The notes: generated by a model not told the origin, from the letters alone. A stretch of 64,000 bases of DNA from the human T2T-CHM13v2.0 reference genome, Homo sapiens (GCF_009914755.1 NC_060926.1), one strand, 5' to 3'; counted from the stretch's first letter, positions 1 through 13,560 are shown. Numbers and translations: made by a program.

Positions 1-480
1 AGAGGCTGTAATCTTAGCACTTTGGGAGGCCAAGGCAGGTGGCTGGAAGGTGGAGGTTGCAGCGAGCTGAGATCACGCCACTGCACTCCAGCCTGGGCAA
101 CATTGAGCATTGAGTGAGTGAGACTCCGTCTGCAATCCCAGCACCCCGGGAGGCCACGACGGGCAGACCACTTGAGGTCAGGAGCCGGAGACCAGCCAGG
201 TCAACAGGGCAAAACCCCGTCTCCTCCAAAAATGCAAAAACCAGTCAGGCGTGGCGGCGCACGCCCGCAATCCCAGGCACTTGGCAGGCCGAGGTAGGAG
301 AACCACGGGAGCCCGGGGCAGGGAGGCTGCAGCGAGCCGAGACCACGGCAGTACAGTCCAGCCTCGGCAACAGAGGGAGACGGAGACGGAGAGGAGAGGG
401 AGAGAGGGAGAGAGGGGGAGAGGGAGAAAGGGAGAGGGAGAAAGGGAGAGGGAGAAAGGGAGAGGGAGAGAGAGAGGGGA
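1..480 (-). mobile_element. SVA retrotransposon 5' part (CCCTCT-type hexamer region ~376-480 plus Alu-like domain), continues beyond window start; probably an older subfamily
   Basis: GGGAGA/GAGAGG purine run next to a diverged, rearranged Alu-like sequence with SVA-type motifs (GTACAGTCCAGCCTCGGC, CATTGAGCATTGAGTGA). Confidence 0.88.
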
Positions 481-686
481 GTTCTTAAACAAGACACAAA
501 GGCAATAACCACTAAAAGGAAAAGGCTTCTTATATTTATCTATATTGAAATTAAGAATTTTTATTCATCATGACTCCATTAAGAAAGTAAAATGTTACAA
601 ACTGGGAGATATATTCGTAATCATATAAATGGTAATAAATAAAAGGCATTTACTTATTTTTTAAGAATGGAATTCTCAATATTGTA

Positions 687-1021
687 CAGTCAGCCCACTA
701 TATCCATGGGTTCTACATGTGTGGATTCAACCAACTACAGCTCAAAAATATTTAAAAAAACAAATGGTTGGCTGCATCTGTATGGAACATGTAGACTTTT
801 CCCATCATTATTCCCTAAATACAGTGTAACAACTATTTACAGAGCATTTACATTGCATTAGGTATTATAAGTAATCTAGAGATTAAAGTACACAGGAGGA
901 TGTACATACGTTATATGCAATTACCTTTTTCTTTTTAAATCAAGTACTTCAGCATCCATGGATTTTGGTATGGGCGGAGGGACCCTGGAACCAATCCTCC
1001 TCAGATACCGAGAAATGACTA
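687..1021 (-). mobile_element. MER2 (TcMar-Tigger MITE)
   Basis: CAGTC..GACT termini and MER2 internal motifs (GGATTCAACCAAC, TAATCTAGAGAT, CTGGAACCAATCC). Confidence 0.8.
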
Positions 1022-1286
1022 CATATGAAAATCTGCAGGATAATTTAAGTTTCTGAATGATATTGTCTTCTTCCAAAGAGGAATTACATTTGCTTCTGGC
1101 AAACATATAGCTTAAGTGTCCTGGCAATTGGTTCTTAACTAATCTTAATTAATCCTATCAGGGGATAGAGATTATTTGAAACTGGTCTTCAGTCTTTGTG
1201 AAAGCCAGTCTACTTCCAGGTCACTATTATTGCTAAGGGGTATTCTTTCAGAGTCCCAACCACAAGCCCTGAATATCTGCTTATGA

Positions 1287-1571
<285 letters not shown>

Positions 1572-2841
1572 TGAACTCCAATTTTTATACTCCCCAACCA
1601 CAGGGTTTGTCAAAAACTCTACTCAAATTCTATTTGTCACCCACTGCATTAGGAATTAGAGGATCTCTTTAGGGGGAAGGTAGTCCCAAATGATTGGGTT
1701 CATGTAACTGAGCTTCCCTCTTTGCTGAGATCTTGATTTTGCAATTTCTCACTGCCCTGGTAGCTTTCAGTGATTTCAAATAGTTACACTTTTTGTTTAG
1801 CTCTTTTAGTTATTTTTGGCAAAGGGTTGGTTCAAAGCAACTTAGTCTATAAACACCTTCATGATTTTTTAAAGAACATGTTTCCCAGTTCTGTTCCATA
1901 AAAAGGCTTAGAAGCAGGGATACTCGAATAGCAAGAAGCATCAGGCTCACTCAAATTTTGGTATCTAAATAGCATTCCCGCTAAAAGAAACCACTGCATC
2001 TTGGAGAAATGGCCGATTTCAGGTCTCAGGCTAGGAATTCACAAATCATACCAGGATATATGCTAGAAAACAAGGAAGTATTCAAAGATTAGTAAAGTTA
2101 TGCTAAAAGCAGATAGGAACTGGCTTGAAATAGCTCCCACTGACCAAATGTATAAGTTTTTCAGTATCAAACAGAATAATGGTTAGAACTATAACACACT
2201 AAATATATAAAAATCCATGAGTCCAAAACGGTGCTTCTGAGAGGAACGGGTGGAGAGAGAATGCAGTTGATACCACCGGATATTATTATACCAATTCTTT
2301 ATTCTAAATATTAGCAATTAAATAAAGAGCATTAAGCACTTATCCTGCATTTTCAATAGAAACTCTATGTCAAGGTAACCAAATAGCCCCAGCTAATAAG
2401 GGACAGATCTTTATAGAACACTGCCAGCTAAAAATGAAAAAGAAATCAGAGAATTAGAAAAATCACCACTCTAAAAACCCTTATAGAATAGCTGATTCAG
2501 GAAAGGGACACCTATAAATGTTAATGTGTCTAAGTGAAGGATTACTGAAGAGCTGGACATTCACATGGTGCTAAAATATCACCCCTCAGGTTAGTTACTA
2601 GCATAAAAAGGAAAACATAATGTAAAGATCTGGTGTGTCACTACCTCAACCAGGTGGCCAAAGTTATTAGCATCATTAATTACAAGACAGACATTATATG
2701 CCTCCTGATGTGATACACTATGAATCACACAGGTTACCTGTGAGGCATTCTTGCTAAAATTGTTTAACCTGGATCTTATCAAACTTAGATCCAACTTCCA
2801 TTTCATAGAAAACACAGGGGGTAGAGAAAAAAGCTAACCAC

Positions 2842-3231
2842 AAAAGGAACAAGATCATGTCCTTTGTAGGGACATGGAAGGAGCTAGAAGCCATTATCCT
2901 CAGCAAACTAATGCAGGATCAGAAAACCAAACACTGCATGTTCTCGCTTATAAGTGGGAGTTGAATGATGAGAACACATGGGCACATGGAGGGCAACAAC
3001 ACACACTGGAGCCTGTCAGCCGGGGGTGGAGATCGGGTGGGGGCAGCTTGATGGGGGATGGTGGGGGAGGAACAGCATCAGGAAGAACAGCTAATGGATA
3101 CTGGGCTTAATACCTAGGTGATGGGATGATGTGCGCGGCAAACCACCATGGCACATGTTTACCTATGTAACAAACCGGCACATCCTGCACATACACCCTT
3201 GAACTTAAAAGTTGGAGGAAAAAAAAAAAAA
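2842..3231 (+). mobile_element. L1PA/L1PB 3' UTR fragment with poly(A)
   Basis: CATTATCCTCAGCAAACTAA, ATAAGTGGGAG, G-rich tract, ACCTATGTAACAAACC, A-tail. Confidence 0.88.
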
Positions 3232-3345
3232 GCGATAACCACAAGACATAGACAAAACCATAACAAGGAACATTCTACAAAACAAATGCTCTATTTTACA
3301 AACGAGTCTTTATTCTTACAATGCTATAAGTAGAAAGCAGGGGAT

Positions 3346-3642
<297 letters not shown>

Positions 3643-3948
3643 CCCAAACAGATTTTTAAATAAAATCAAGTAACAGCCAAACACAAACCTCGCTGAATCC
3701 TAAGTTTTAAAAAGTTATAAAAGACATACTGGGAACACCTGGGAAAATTTAAATATGGACTAGATATTCAATGATATGAAGGTATTTTTGTTATACAGAA
3801 TTTCCATATATTCCAGAGATGCAATATGAAATGTTGCAAAATGTGTTATATTTATAATCTATTTCAAACTGACCGAGCTGAAAAATATATATCAAATAAT
3901 AGCAAAGTGCTATCAACATTTGATTATACAGGTTTTCACTGTACGATC

Positions 3949-4302
3949 TGCTGTGGTATGAATGTTGGTGCATGTCCCCAAATTCGTATGTTGAAATCCT
4001 AATCCTCAAAGTGACAGTATCAGGAGGCGGTGCCTTTTGAGAGGTTATTAGGTCCCTTAGGAATGGAATTAATGCCCTTATAAAATAGGCCCAAGGTAGC
4101 TCTTTTGCCCCTTCAACCATGTGAGGACAGCAAGAAGGCACCATCTATGAACCAAAAAGCAGTGCCCTCACCAGACACTGTACCTGTCAGCGCCTTAATC
4201 ACCGACTTCCTGGTCTCCATAACTGTAGAAAATAAATTTCTATTGTTTATAAATTACTCAGCTGGTAGTATTTTGTGATAGCAACTCAAATGTACTAACC
4301 AC
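3949..4302 (+). mobile_element. MLT1A-like MaLR solo LTR
   Basis: ATGTTGAAATCCTAATCC, CCATGTGAGGACA, AATAAATTTCTATTGTTTATAA. Confidence 0.8.
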
Positions 4303-4817
4303 TGCTATTACTTCTACTTTTCTAAAAATTTAAAAATTTTCATAATAAAACTTTAAAATAAAGTAGTTGGCATTTCATAGGTGTTCTATTTCAAGAAGAA
4401 ATTAAACTTGACAAAGTCTTTATGATAATATACACAATAATGAAATGACAAGTCACATAACTGGAGAAGATAAAGATGTTCAATCTCACTGATAATCAGG
4501 AAAAAGCCTGATATTCATTTCATTCCTCTAAGACTGGCAAAAGTCAAAAATTCAGTTAATAACAAGTGCTAGAGAAGAATATAAAGACAAGCAACTTTCA
4601 TATATTGCTGATGAATGTACAAATCAGTTCAATCCCTTTAGAAACCAATTTGGCAGTATTTTTGTACAAAGAAGTCATATCCTAAGATCCAAAAATTTCC
4701 CTTGTACATAGCCTAAAGAAACTCTCTCACAAATACACAAGCATACAGGTATTAGAATGTTCATTGGATTGTTGTATTACACAAGGAAACAATCTAGAAG
4801 TCCATCAATAGAATAAA

Positions 4818-4828
4818 TGTGTGTGCGC

Positions 4829-4860
<32 letters not shown>
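4818..4860. repeat. (GT)n microsatellite, interrupted by GCGCGC
   Basis: Seen directly. Confidence 0.95.
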
Positions 4861-5162
<302 letters not shown>

Positions 5163-5232
5163 TAGAACTAATATGTTGTCATAGATTTATACAATCAAAC
5201 TCCATGAAGTTAAAATACATGAAATACATCTA

Positions 5233-5975
<743 letters not shown>

Positions 5976-6449
5976 ATGGATATGTTATCCTCTGTTTTTT
6001 AACTTAAAATATTAAAGATTTTTTTACATATTTAAGAGCGAAATTAAAGGACTGGAAAAATATAACAAGCAAATCCTTAAAATACAGAAATACATAAAAT
6101 CAATTTAAAGTAGGAAAATAACTACTGACTCCAGAAAACATTTTTAAGATAATTCCAGACTAGATAATACATTTTAATGGTACAAATTCAACAGCTATAG
6201 AAAGGCAAATAGTGAAAAGTTTCCCTCCCATTTTTGACCCTCAGCTACGTAGCTCCTCTCCTGGAGGCAATCTAGGATTTTGCATATCTTTCAAGACAAT
6301 CTAAAATATACATAAAACTAGAAATCAGCCAAAAGCAACAAATACAAGTGACCTTAGATCAAAATCTGCCTATTCCTGTCACTGTCAGCTGAGTATATAT
6401 CAGCTCAATCATGCTAGATTTCAAATGTCCAGGTGTTTTCTCTCACCAT

Positions 6450-6915
6450 TGTAGGAGATCGGTCAGGGTGGTGGGAAAAATTGTAAAAAGATGCAAAGCT
6501 TCATGGAAGGTCGGGAGGTTTTTACAAAAGCTTCAGAAAAGGATTTGGCTGAAGGCAGCCAGATTCTCTTACCTGGGAGATGTAAGGGGATGTAAAGAAA
6601 CTGATCTAGATAAGTTAGTTTACTTAGGCCTCGGAACCTGGCCTTTAATCATCCGCCAGCAGGACTGCTCTCTCGGGGAAGGCGGGGAGGGACCATGTTA
6701 ATTACCCACAAGTGTGTTGACTCAAAGCCTTTGTCATTACATCTGTACTGAATAAATACTCGCAGCGCCGGCTTGTCAGGGCCGCGGTTGCTACAACACC
6801 CTCCTCGGGGTCTGTGAGCAGCCTGGTCCCCTAGCCCGCTTTTTCACTGGATACCTGTGTCTGAGTGTATTCTTTCATCCGTCGTTTGGCCAGGATCTGC
6901 GGGTCGGACCCGGAA
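6450..6915 (+). mobile_element. LTR22-type solo LTR (HERV-K HML-5)
   Basis: Starts TGTAGGAGATCGGTCAGGGTGGTGGG, ends GGGTCGGACCCGG; internal AATAAA; TSD CACCAT at 6444-6449 and 6916-6921. Confidence 0.85.
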
Positions 6916-7099
6916 CACCATCCCTACTCCTGTCCATGAAACAAGTACCTGACGAGCTCTTTACACTTCCTGAGAAAGTTCAACATTATGCCAGCCCAGT
7001 GGATGATAGAGAATAAACAGAAACATAATCCTTGCTCTTAAGTTTACAATTTTGCTGAGGACACAAAGCAGAAGAGAAAAATATTCTTCCAGAATTTCC

Positions 7100-7990
7100 C
7101 TGTGTCTATCTTCTCTCATCTCTTAAATTCTGTCCAAAACTGAGCTCTGGCTCCTTCTCCTCCACTATCACCATTCCCAACAAACTTGCTCCTTTCCTGA
7201 ATTCTCTCCATTTCAGCTCATGGCACTGCCATTCAGGGGGATGAACAGGTTTGACTGGGGTAGGGTTAAACAGAAACCTAAGAATCATCTTTGCACTCAT
7301 CCCACATGCAGTAGTTCAGCAAATTCTGACTATCTATGCTAAATATTTCTAAAACTCATCCTATCCTCTCCATTCCCATTGCCATTCTAAGGCTCACATC
7401 ATCTATCACCTGGGCCACTAACCGGCCTCCCTACCTAAATCTCTTCCTTCTAGTTCATGCCCTAACCCACTGTTCTGATTGCTCCCCATCTTTAGTAGGC
7501 ATGACACACAGACCTTTATTAATCTGCCCTCTACCTACCTCTCCAATGTTACATCTTACCACTACCATCACTCCTCTTGCATTCCACTCAGAATAGCATT
7601 TCATCCTCCAACCATTCTGAATTTTTTCCCTAGTTCCTCTAACATATGTTCCACACTTCTAAACCCTGCATATTCAGTTCACTTTGCTAGGGATGCCTCC
7701 CCTTTCCTGATCCTATATCTACCGTCCACCTGGTGAATGCCACTTGTGACAAGACCGAGACCGTCCCTGACCAGCTTCCGTTCCCCATTCTGAATAATCA
7801 CTCCCTCCACTATGGCATCAAAGACTTTGTATATACTTAAATTATTGCTCCTATCTCCCTACAGTGTTTATTTACATGTCAGTCTCCTCCAGTAAACTAT
7901 ATTCTTTGAAGTCATCTAGTGTCTTATTTTTGTAAGCCTTATTCCAATCCAACGCACACCAAAATCACTCGATATTTGTTGTATGAACTC
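7100..7990. mobile_element. Degraded L2 fragments
   Basis: Pyrimidine-rich L2 3'-like motifs; boundaries approximate. Confidence 0.5.
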
Positions 7991-8994
7991 CATCTCCCTT
8001 TCTCATTTTCTTCCCTTTTCTGATAGAATCCCACAACCATGAGTCATGACCCAGTCTAAGAACATAAGTCATATGATTTAAGAATTCTGATGCCATGGAA
8101 GGGGGCACTCTACCCCAAGACTAAATTAGTGAAGTCCCTAAGTAAGACAGAACAATTTTCCCAGCAGAACCTCAAGTCTAAGAGAAGAATCTCTTTCCAG
8201 CAGAATTCCATGTCCTCCTGATTCCCACCCCAAGACTGTTACAGGTTTCTAAATGGATTTTAAGGCATCCTCATCCTCAGCAGGCCCAGTCTGGTCTTTA
8301 CTTGCATCCTTTAAAACAGAATAGATTCACCACTAAAATGTCTCCACCACAGTTTGTGCAGGGGCAAAGATTTTAGTCTGCAGAGGCTCCTAACATAGTT
8401 AATGTTTCCCTAGAGAGTTCCTTGAAACATTGCTCATCTTGGGACTACCTGACCTTAAACCCTACTAAACCTTATTCTGATACTCACTCATCATTTAACA
8501 AATATTTACTTAGCACCCACTGCACGCTGCATATTATATCAGAGCTCTGGAGATACCACCCATAATGTATCTTACTTGCCCGAATTGACCTGTCACCATG
8601 GCCTAAATGGTACCATGTGTGACAACCATGATGGTGTGATATGACTACACCTGGCCTCTGCTTATCCTGTGCCAGGACCCAGACCCACCTGCCTGCATCT
8701 TTCAGCCCCCAACAGAAGGAGCTGTCTTGTAAGTTTATCCCAACTCAAAAACTGCCCAGCTGAGACTACAGCATTTAGTCAATTCCCTCTCTCTCTAATG
8801 CCCCTTCCATTTCTGCCAACATTTTCTTATCTTTGAAAATTTCCTTCACTTGGCCTCTTAAGTATTTTCTTTCTCCCTTAAAAGAAAAAAAAAAAAAAAG
8901 CCAAACTAACATTACTTGGCTTCTTATTCATACACAGCTCTCAATACTTTATCAGTGCATCAGCAGTTCTACAGAGAAAAAAGTATTTCCCATC

Positions 8995-9515
8995 TGTGAT
9001 GGTTAATTTTAGGTATCTCCTCAGCTGGGTTGAGGGATACCCAGATAGCTGGTAAAGCACTATTTCTGAATATGTCTATGAGGGTGTTTCTGGAAGAGAT
9101 TGGCATTTCAATCAGTGAACTAAAGAAGATCAGCCCCCACCCAATGTAAGTGGGCACCATCCAATCAGTTGAGGGTCTGGACATAACAAAAAGGCAGAAG
9201 AAAGGCAAATTCTTGCTCTCTTCTGCATCTGGGATACCCGTCTCCTGCTCTTAGACATCAGAACTGTAGGTTCTCTACTCTCTGGACTCTGGGACTTCCA
9301 TCAGTGCTACCCCAACTCACTAGGTTCTCCGGCCTTCAACCCTGGACTGAGCTACACCACTGGCTTCTCTGGGTCTCCAGCTTACAGACAGCATATGATA
9401 GTACTTCTCAGCCTTCATAATCCCCAGTCAATTTCCATATTAAATTCCCTCTCAACTACCTATCTATCCATCCATCCTATTGGTTCTACTTCTCTGGAAA
9501 ACCCTGACTAATACA
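8995..9515 (+). mobile_element. MLT2 (ERVL) solo LTR
   Basis: TGTGATGGTTAATTTTA...CCCTGACTAATACA; perfect 5-bp TSD CCATC. Confidence 0.9.
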
Positions 9516-9998
9516 CCATCCCTGCTTTATTGGCACCTTCTTGAATTACAGACTAATGCTAAGTAACCACAGCTGGTGACAAAACACTTTCTTTGTTCAC
9601 AAGTCACAGGTGTGAGAGAAAGCCTGGCACTTGGTAGAAGCTGACCCTAAAGTGGATGGACATTCTTCTAACAAACTAAAACATATCAAAACTGAATGGG
9701 TACCTTGAAGAACTGAGGAGGAACTTGAAGAAAACCTTGGGCAGGGTATCTCCAGCACCAGATAAAGTGGATCATCTAACACTAAAAATCCTACTAAATA
9801 GTCAAGAACCCATTCATAGGCAGGAAGAGGATGGAACACATGACAGTGAAAGGTCAAACTGTTTCTGATCATCTCAGCCTGGAGATAATCACTCCAACCA
9901 CTGAACTCCTATACCTGTGTATGTGGTACTGTATTAGTCGGTTCTTACATTGCTATAAAGAAATACCTGAGACTGCGTAATTCATAAAAAGAAAAGAG

Positions 9999-10287
<289 letters not shown>

Positions 10288-10734
10288 TTATTGCAGCACT
10301 ATTCACAATAGCAAAGACTTGGAACCAACCCAAATGTCCATCAATCATAGACTGGATTAAGAAAATGTGGCACCATGGAATACTATGAAGCCATAAAAAA
10401 GGATGAGTTCACGTCCTTTGCAGGGACATGGATGAAGCTGGAAACCATCATTCTCAGCAAACTATCACAAGATCAGAAAACCGAACACCGCATGTTCTCA
10501 CTCATAAGTGGGAATTGAACAATGAGAACATATGGACACAGGGAGGGGATCATCACACACCGGGGCCTGTCAGGGGTTGGGGGTTGGGGAGGGATAACAT
10601 TAGCAAAAATACCTAATGTAGGTGACCAGTTGATGGGTGCAGCAAACCACCACAGCACGTGTATATATGTAACAAAACTGCACGTTCTGCACATGTAACC
10701 CAGAACTTAAAGTATAATTTAAAAAAAAAAAAAA
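10288..10734 (+). mobile_element. 5'-truncated L1PA (approx. L1PA6-8) 3' end
   Basis: TTATTGCAGCACTATTCACAATAGCAAAGACTTGGAACC...CAGAACTTAAAGTATAAT + poly(A). Confidence 0.92.
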
Positions 10735-11174
10735 GAAAAGAGGTTTAACTGGCTCACAGTTCTGCAGACTGTACGGGAAGCACAGCAGCTTCTGCTTTTG
10801 GGGAGGCCTCAGGAAGCTTCCAATCATGGGGGAAGGCAAAGAAATAGGCATCTTACATGGCAGGAGCAAGAGAGAATGAGGGAGAAGGTGCTACACACTT
10901 TTAAACAACCAGATCTCATGAGAACTCACTATCTCAAGGACAGTACCAAAGGTGATAGTGCTAAACCACTCATGGGAAATCTGCTCCCATGATCCAATCA
11001 CCTCATACTAGGTCCCACCTCCAACACTGGGGATGACAATTTGACATGAGATTTGGCGGGGACACAGATCCAAACCATATCAGGTGCCCTATCCAAACCA
11101 GCTCTTAAAATGTTTATCTTACTTGCTAGAAGTTAAGTTCTTTGGCTTCTTATTTCACCTTTATAATCCCTCTT

Positions 11175-11385
11175 TGGGAGGTAGTATAAATGGCATGATA
11201 ATTCTAAGTATAGGCCTTAGAATACATAACCTCTGGTGCTGTAATTCACAAACTGTATGACCTTGGGCAAATTACCTAAATACTGTATGCCTCAGTTGCC
11301 ACCTGTAAAGTGGAGACAATAACAGTTCCTACCTCATAACATTGCAGAGTGCTTAACACAATGCCTGGTTCAATATGTTAGCTAA
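11175..11385 (+). mobile_element. MIR
   Basis: Core TGACCTTGGGCAAATTACCTAA..TGCCTCAGTT..CTGTAAAGTGG. Confidence 0.75.
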
Positions 11386-11427
11386 AGGTGGTGGTAGTTA
11401 GGGCTAATCTTAATTCACTCTACAATC

Positions 11428-11575
11428 TTGCTACTCAAGTGTAGACCAGCAGCATCAACATCACCTGGGAGCTTATTAGAAATCTCAGACCCTATCCAAG
11501 ACCTACTGAATCAGATTTTGAATTCTGACAAGATCCCTAATGATTAGTGTGCACACTAATGCTTGAGAAGCACTG
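11428..11575 (+). mobile_element. MER5A1-like hAT-Charlie MITE (left arm of inverted repeat)
   Basis: GCTACTCAA..ACCAGCAGCATC..CACCTGGGAGCTT..AGACCTACTGAATCAG..TTGAGAAGCACTG. Confidence 0.8.
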
Positions 11576-12330
11576 CTCTACAATACCCAGACTTGTCCAT
11601 AATGGGGGGAAAAACAACTAAAATTTTTTATTCAATAAATGATCTTACCTGTTCGGCTCTGGCAAGCATAGTTTTAAAAACCAATCTCATGCATCAACCC
11701 TGCCATTTTCCAGTGTCAATCAGCTTTCTCAGGTAGATTACCCTACTGAAGAGTGTACCAATATCGTGTTCTTAGCAATTTATCATTTAAAAACAATCTA
11801 AGTGTACAATATACTAGAGTAGTATAGTAGTACATATACTAGAGACTAGTTTAAACAATAAAGCAACCATTTCCCCAGCATCTTTTTTGCTTCTCCATAA
11901 TCTTATCTCAATTTACGAATGGCAATGCCAAGGCCAAACACTGAAGACAACAAATAATCTCTCCCTACCACACTTCTACAATAACAAGAATCTTAGAATA
12001 TACAGATGTCACAAAATGTGCATCTATATAATGTTCTATAGTTTCCAAAGTGATGTTATACCGTTATTTCATTTAAGCGCCACAATTTTTATTTTACCAA
12101 GGAGCAAAACTGAGTAAGTTTCCTGACGAAAATAATGAGTGTCTACTGTTCTAGGGCCTTTAACAACAACAACAACAAATTTACATTAACGCACATTATG
12201 TGCCAGGAATTGCAAGATGCATAAGATTAGTTTTTAAAATGTGCCTGCTAGAGCTGAACAGGTAAGATCATTTATTAAAGGATTTCAGGATTTTTTTTTT
12301 CCATTATGGACAAGCCTAGGTGTTGCAGAG

Positions 12331-12477
12331 CAGTGCTTCTCAAAGCACTGATGTGCACACTAATCATTAGGGAGCTTGTCAGAATTCAAAATCTGACTCA
12401 GTGGGTCTGGAGTGGTGTCCGAGATTTAACAAGCTCCCAGGTGATGTTGATGCTGCTGGTTGGCATTTGAGTAGCAA
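12331..12477 (-). mobile_element. MER5A1-like MITE (right arm of inverted repeat)
   Basis: Reverse complement of the 11428-11575 copy. Confidence 0.8.
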
Positions 12478-12509
12478 AGCTGTGCCGTATTTAAAGAATT
12501 AGCCCTAAC

Positions 12510-12680
12510 TACCAATATGAAAACTTTACATCCCTGAATCTTCAATTACTCTGAGGTGACACTACTATTATTCTGGCTTCACAGTCGAGAAGGCACTGAG
12601 AAGTGAACTTTCCAGAGATCACAGAGCTGAGATGTGGGAAGGCAGGATTCAAACTTAGGTTGACTGACTGCAGGGCATTT
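12510..12680 (-). mobile_element. MIR
   Basis: AGAAGTGAACTTTCCAGAGATCACAGAGCT..GGATTCAAAC. Confidence 0.6.
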
Positions 12681-13317
12681 TCAACTGTTTGCCTCCCAAT
12701 ATTATCTCAATTAATAGGTAACGAGAGTTCGAAGCCGGGTCCAGAGCTATCTTCTGTAACATTCTTCTGGGTCGAGTCCCTGCCCCGCTACGGTATGTGC
12801 CTAGGGTCAACACAAGGGCTGGGGAAAGAGGAAACTGAGCCTCTTTTTCAACACAACAGGGAGGACGGAGAACAGACGGCTCCTCCGGCAGACGCGACCC
12901 GGCCCGCTCCAAACAACGCTTCGGGCAGGAGAAGGTTCTCCGGGTGGTCCGCAGCCGGGCTGGAGGGGTGGGGCCTACGCTGGGAAAAGGTTCCGGGCGG
13001 GTCGTACCAACGCGCGCAGGGGGAAGAGGTTTCCGAGGCCAGGACGGTGTCGCTGCCTACGCGCTCAGTGGCGAGGTGGAGAAACTCTTCATCCACCCTC
13101 GGCTACCTGTTCGAGAGCCATGGCACCAGGAGCTCTCGCGTCCCACAGCCGACTCCTAAAGACTCTTCCTCCGGCCCCCCTGTCGAGTGGGAGTCCCCGG
13201 AAATGGGGGCCGGGCGGTATCGGGCAGGCGGTGGGGAGAAGAGTGTCCTGTCATTTACCAACTTCACTACGCCCCACACAGATCCACCCGCTTATCTGCC
13301 GCCGCCGTAGCCCTTAC

Positions 13318-13362
13318 CAGTTCTTTGGGCGGCTTCTCCTGGGTCTTTCCAAACAGCCCCAT
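13318..13362 (-). CDS. CHMP3: CHMP3 (VPS24, ESCRT-III subunit) coding exon 1, MGLFGKTQEKPPKEL, phase-0 donor
   Basis: ATG at 13362-13360 (GTCATGG context); 45 nt matching the known CHMP3 N-terminus; donor CTG|GTAAGG at 13317. Confidence 0.97.
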
Positions 13363-13385
13363 GACGAACTGAACCCGTCTTGCCC

Positions 13386-13442
13386 CTTCCGGCTTTCAGT
13401 TCCCCGCGCCCAGGCAGGTCACGGGCAGCCGCCTGGGCGGGG
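13386..13442. promoter_or_regulatory. ETS/GABP motif (CCGGAAG, minus strand, 13386-13392) and GC box (GGGCGGGG, 13435-13442)
   Basis: Motif matches within the CpG island. Confidence 0.5.
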
Positions 13443-13502
13443 CCCGCGGAAAAGGAGGTAGTCCCAACCCCCAGAGTAGGGAGCGGCGGCACTAGGGGAT
13501 GT

Positions 13503-13527
13503 TGCGCATGCGCCATACGCCTGCGCA
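13503..13527. promoter_or_regulatory. Tandem NRF1 sites (TGCGCATGCGC and CGCCTGCGCA)
   Basis: Near-perfect NRF1 consensus upstream of CHMP3 exon 1. Confidence 0.75.
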
Positions 13528-13560
13528 GAATCGAGTGAGTGGGAGACTAGTCAAAAAGGC

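Larger units (their letters stand above)
11428..12477. repeat. Long inverted repeat, arms 11428-11695 and 12216-12477, ~520-bp spacer
   Basis: Manual alignment of the reverse complement gives roughly 80-87% identity, with ~20-30-nt exact blocks. Confidence 0.93.

Noticed and set aside
14-512. Several ORFs with GE/RE or SL/SP repeats
   Set aside because: Translations of the SVA hexamer and Alu-like domains.
11428-12477. G-U wobble bias as proof that the inverted repeat acts on one RNA strand
   Set aside because: Mismatches are mostly transitions and only modestly favour the minus strand by my hand count; not decisive.
12603-13310. 235-aa plus-strand ORF over the CHMP3 CpG island
   Set aside because: Non-ATG start inside a MIR, no recognisable domain; long stop-free frames are expected in GC-rich DNA.
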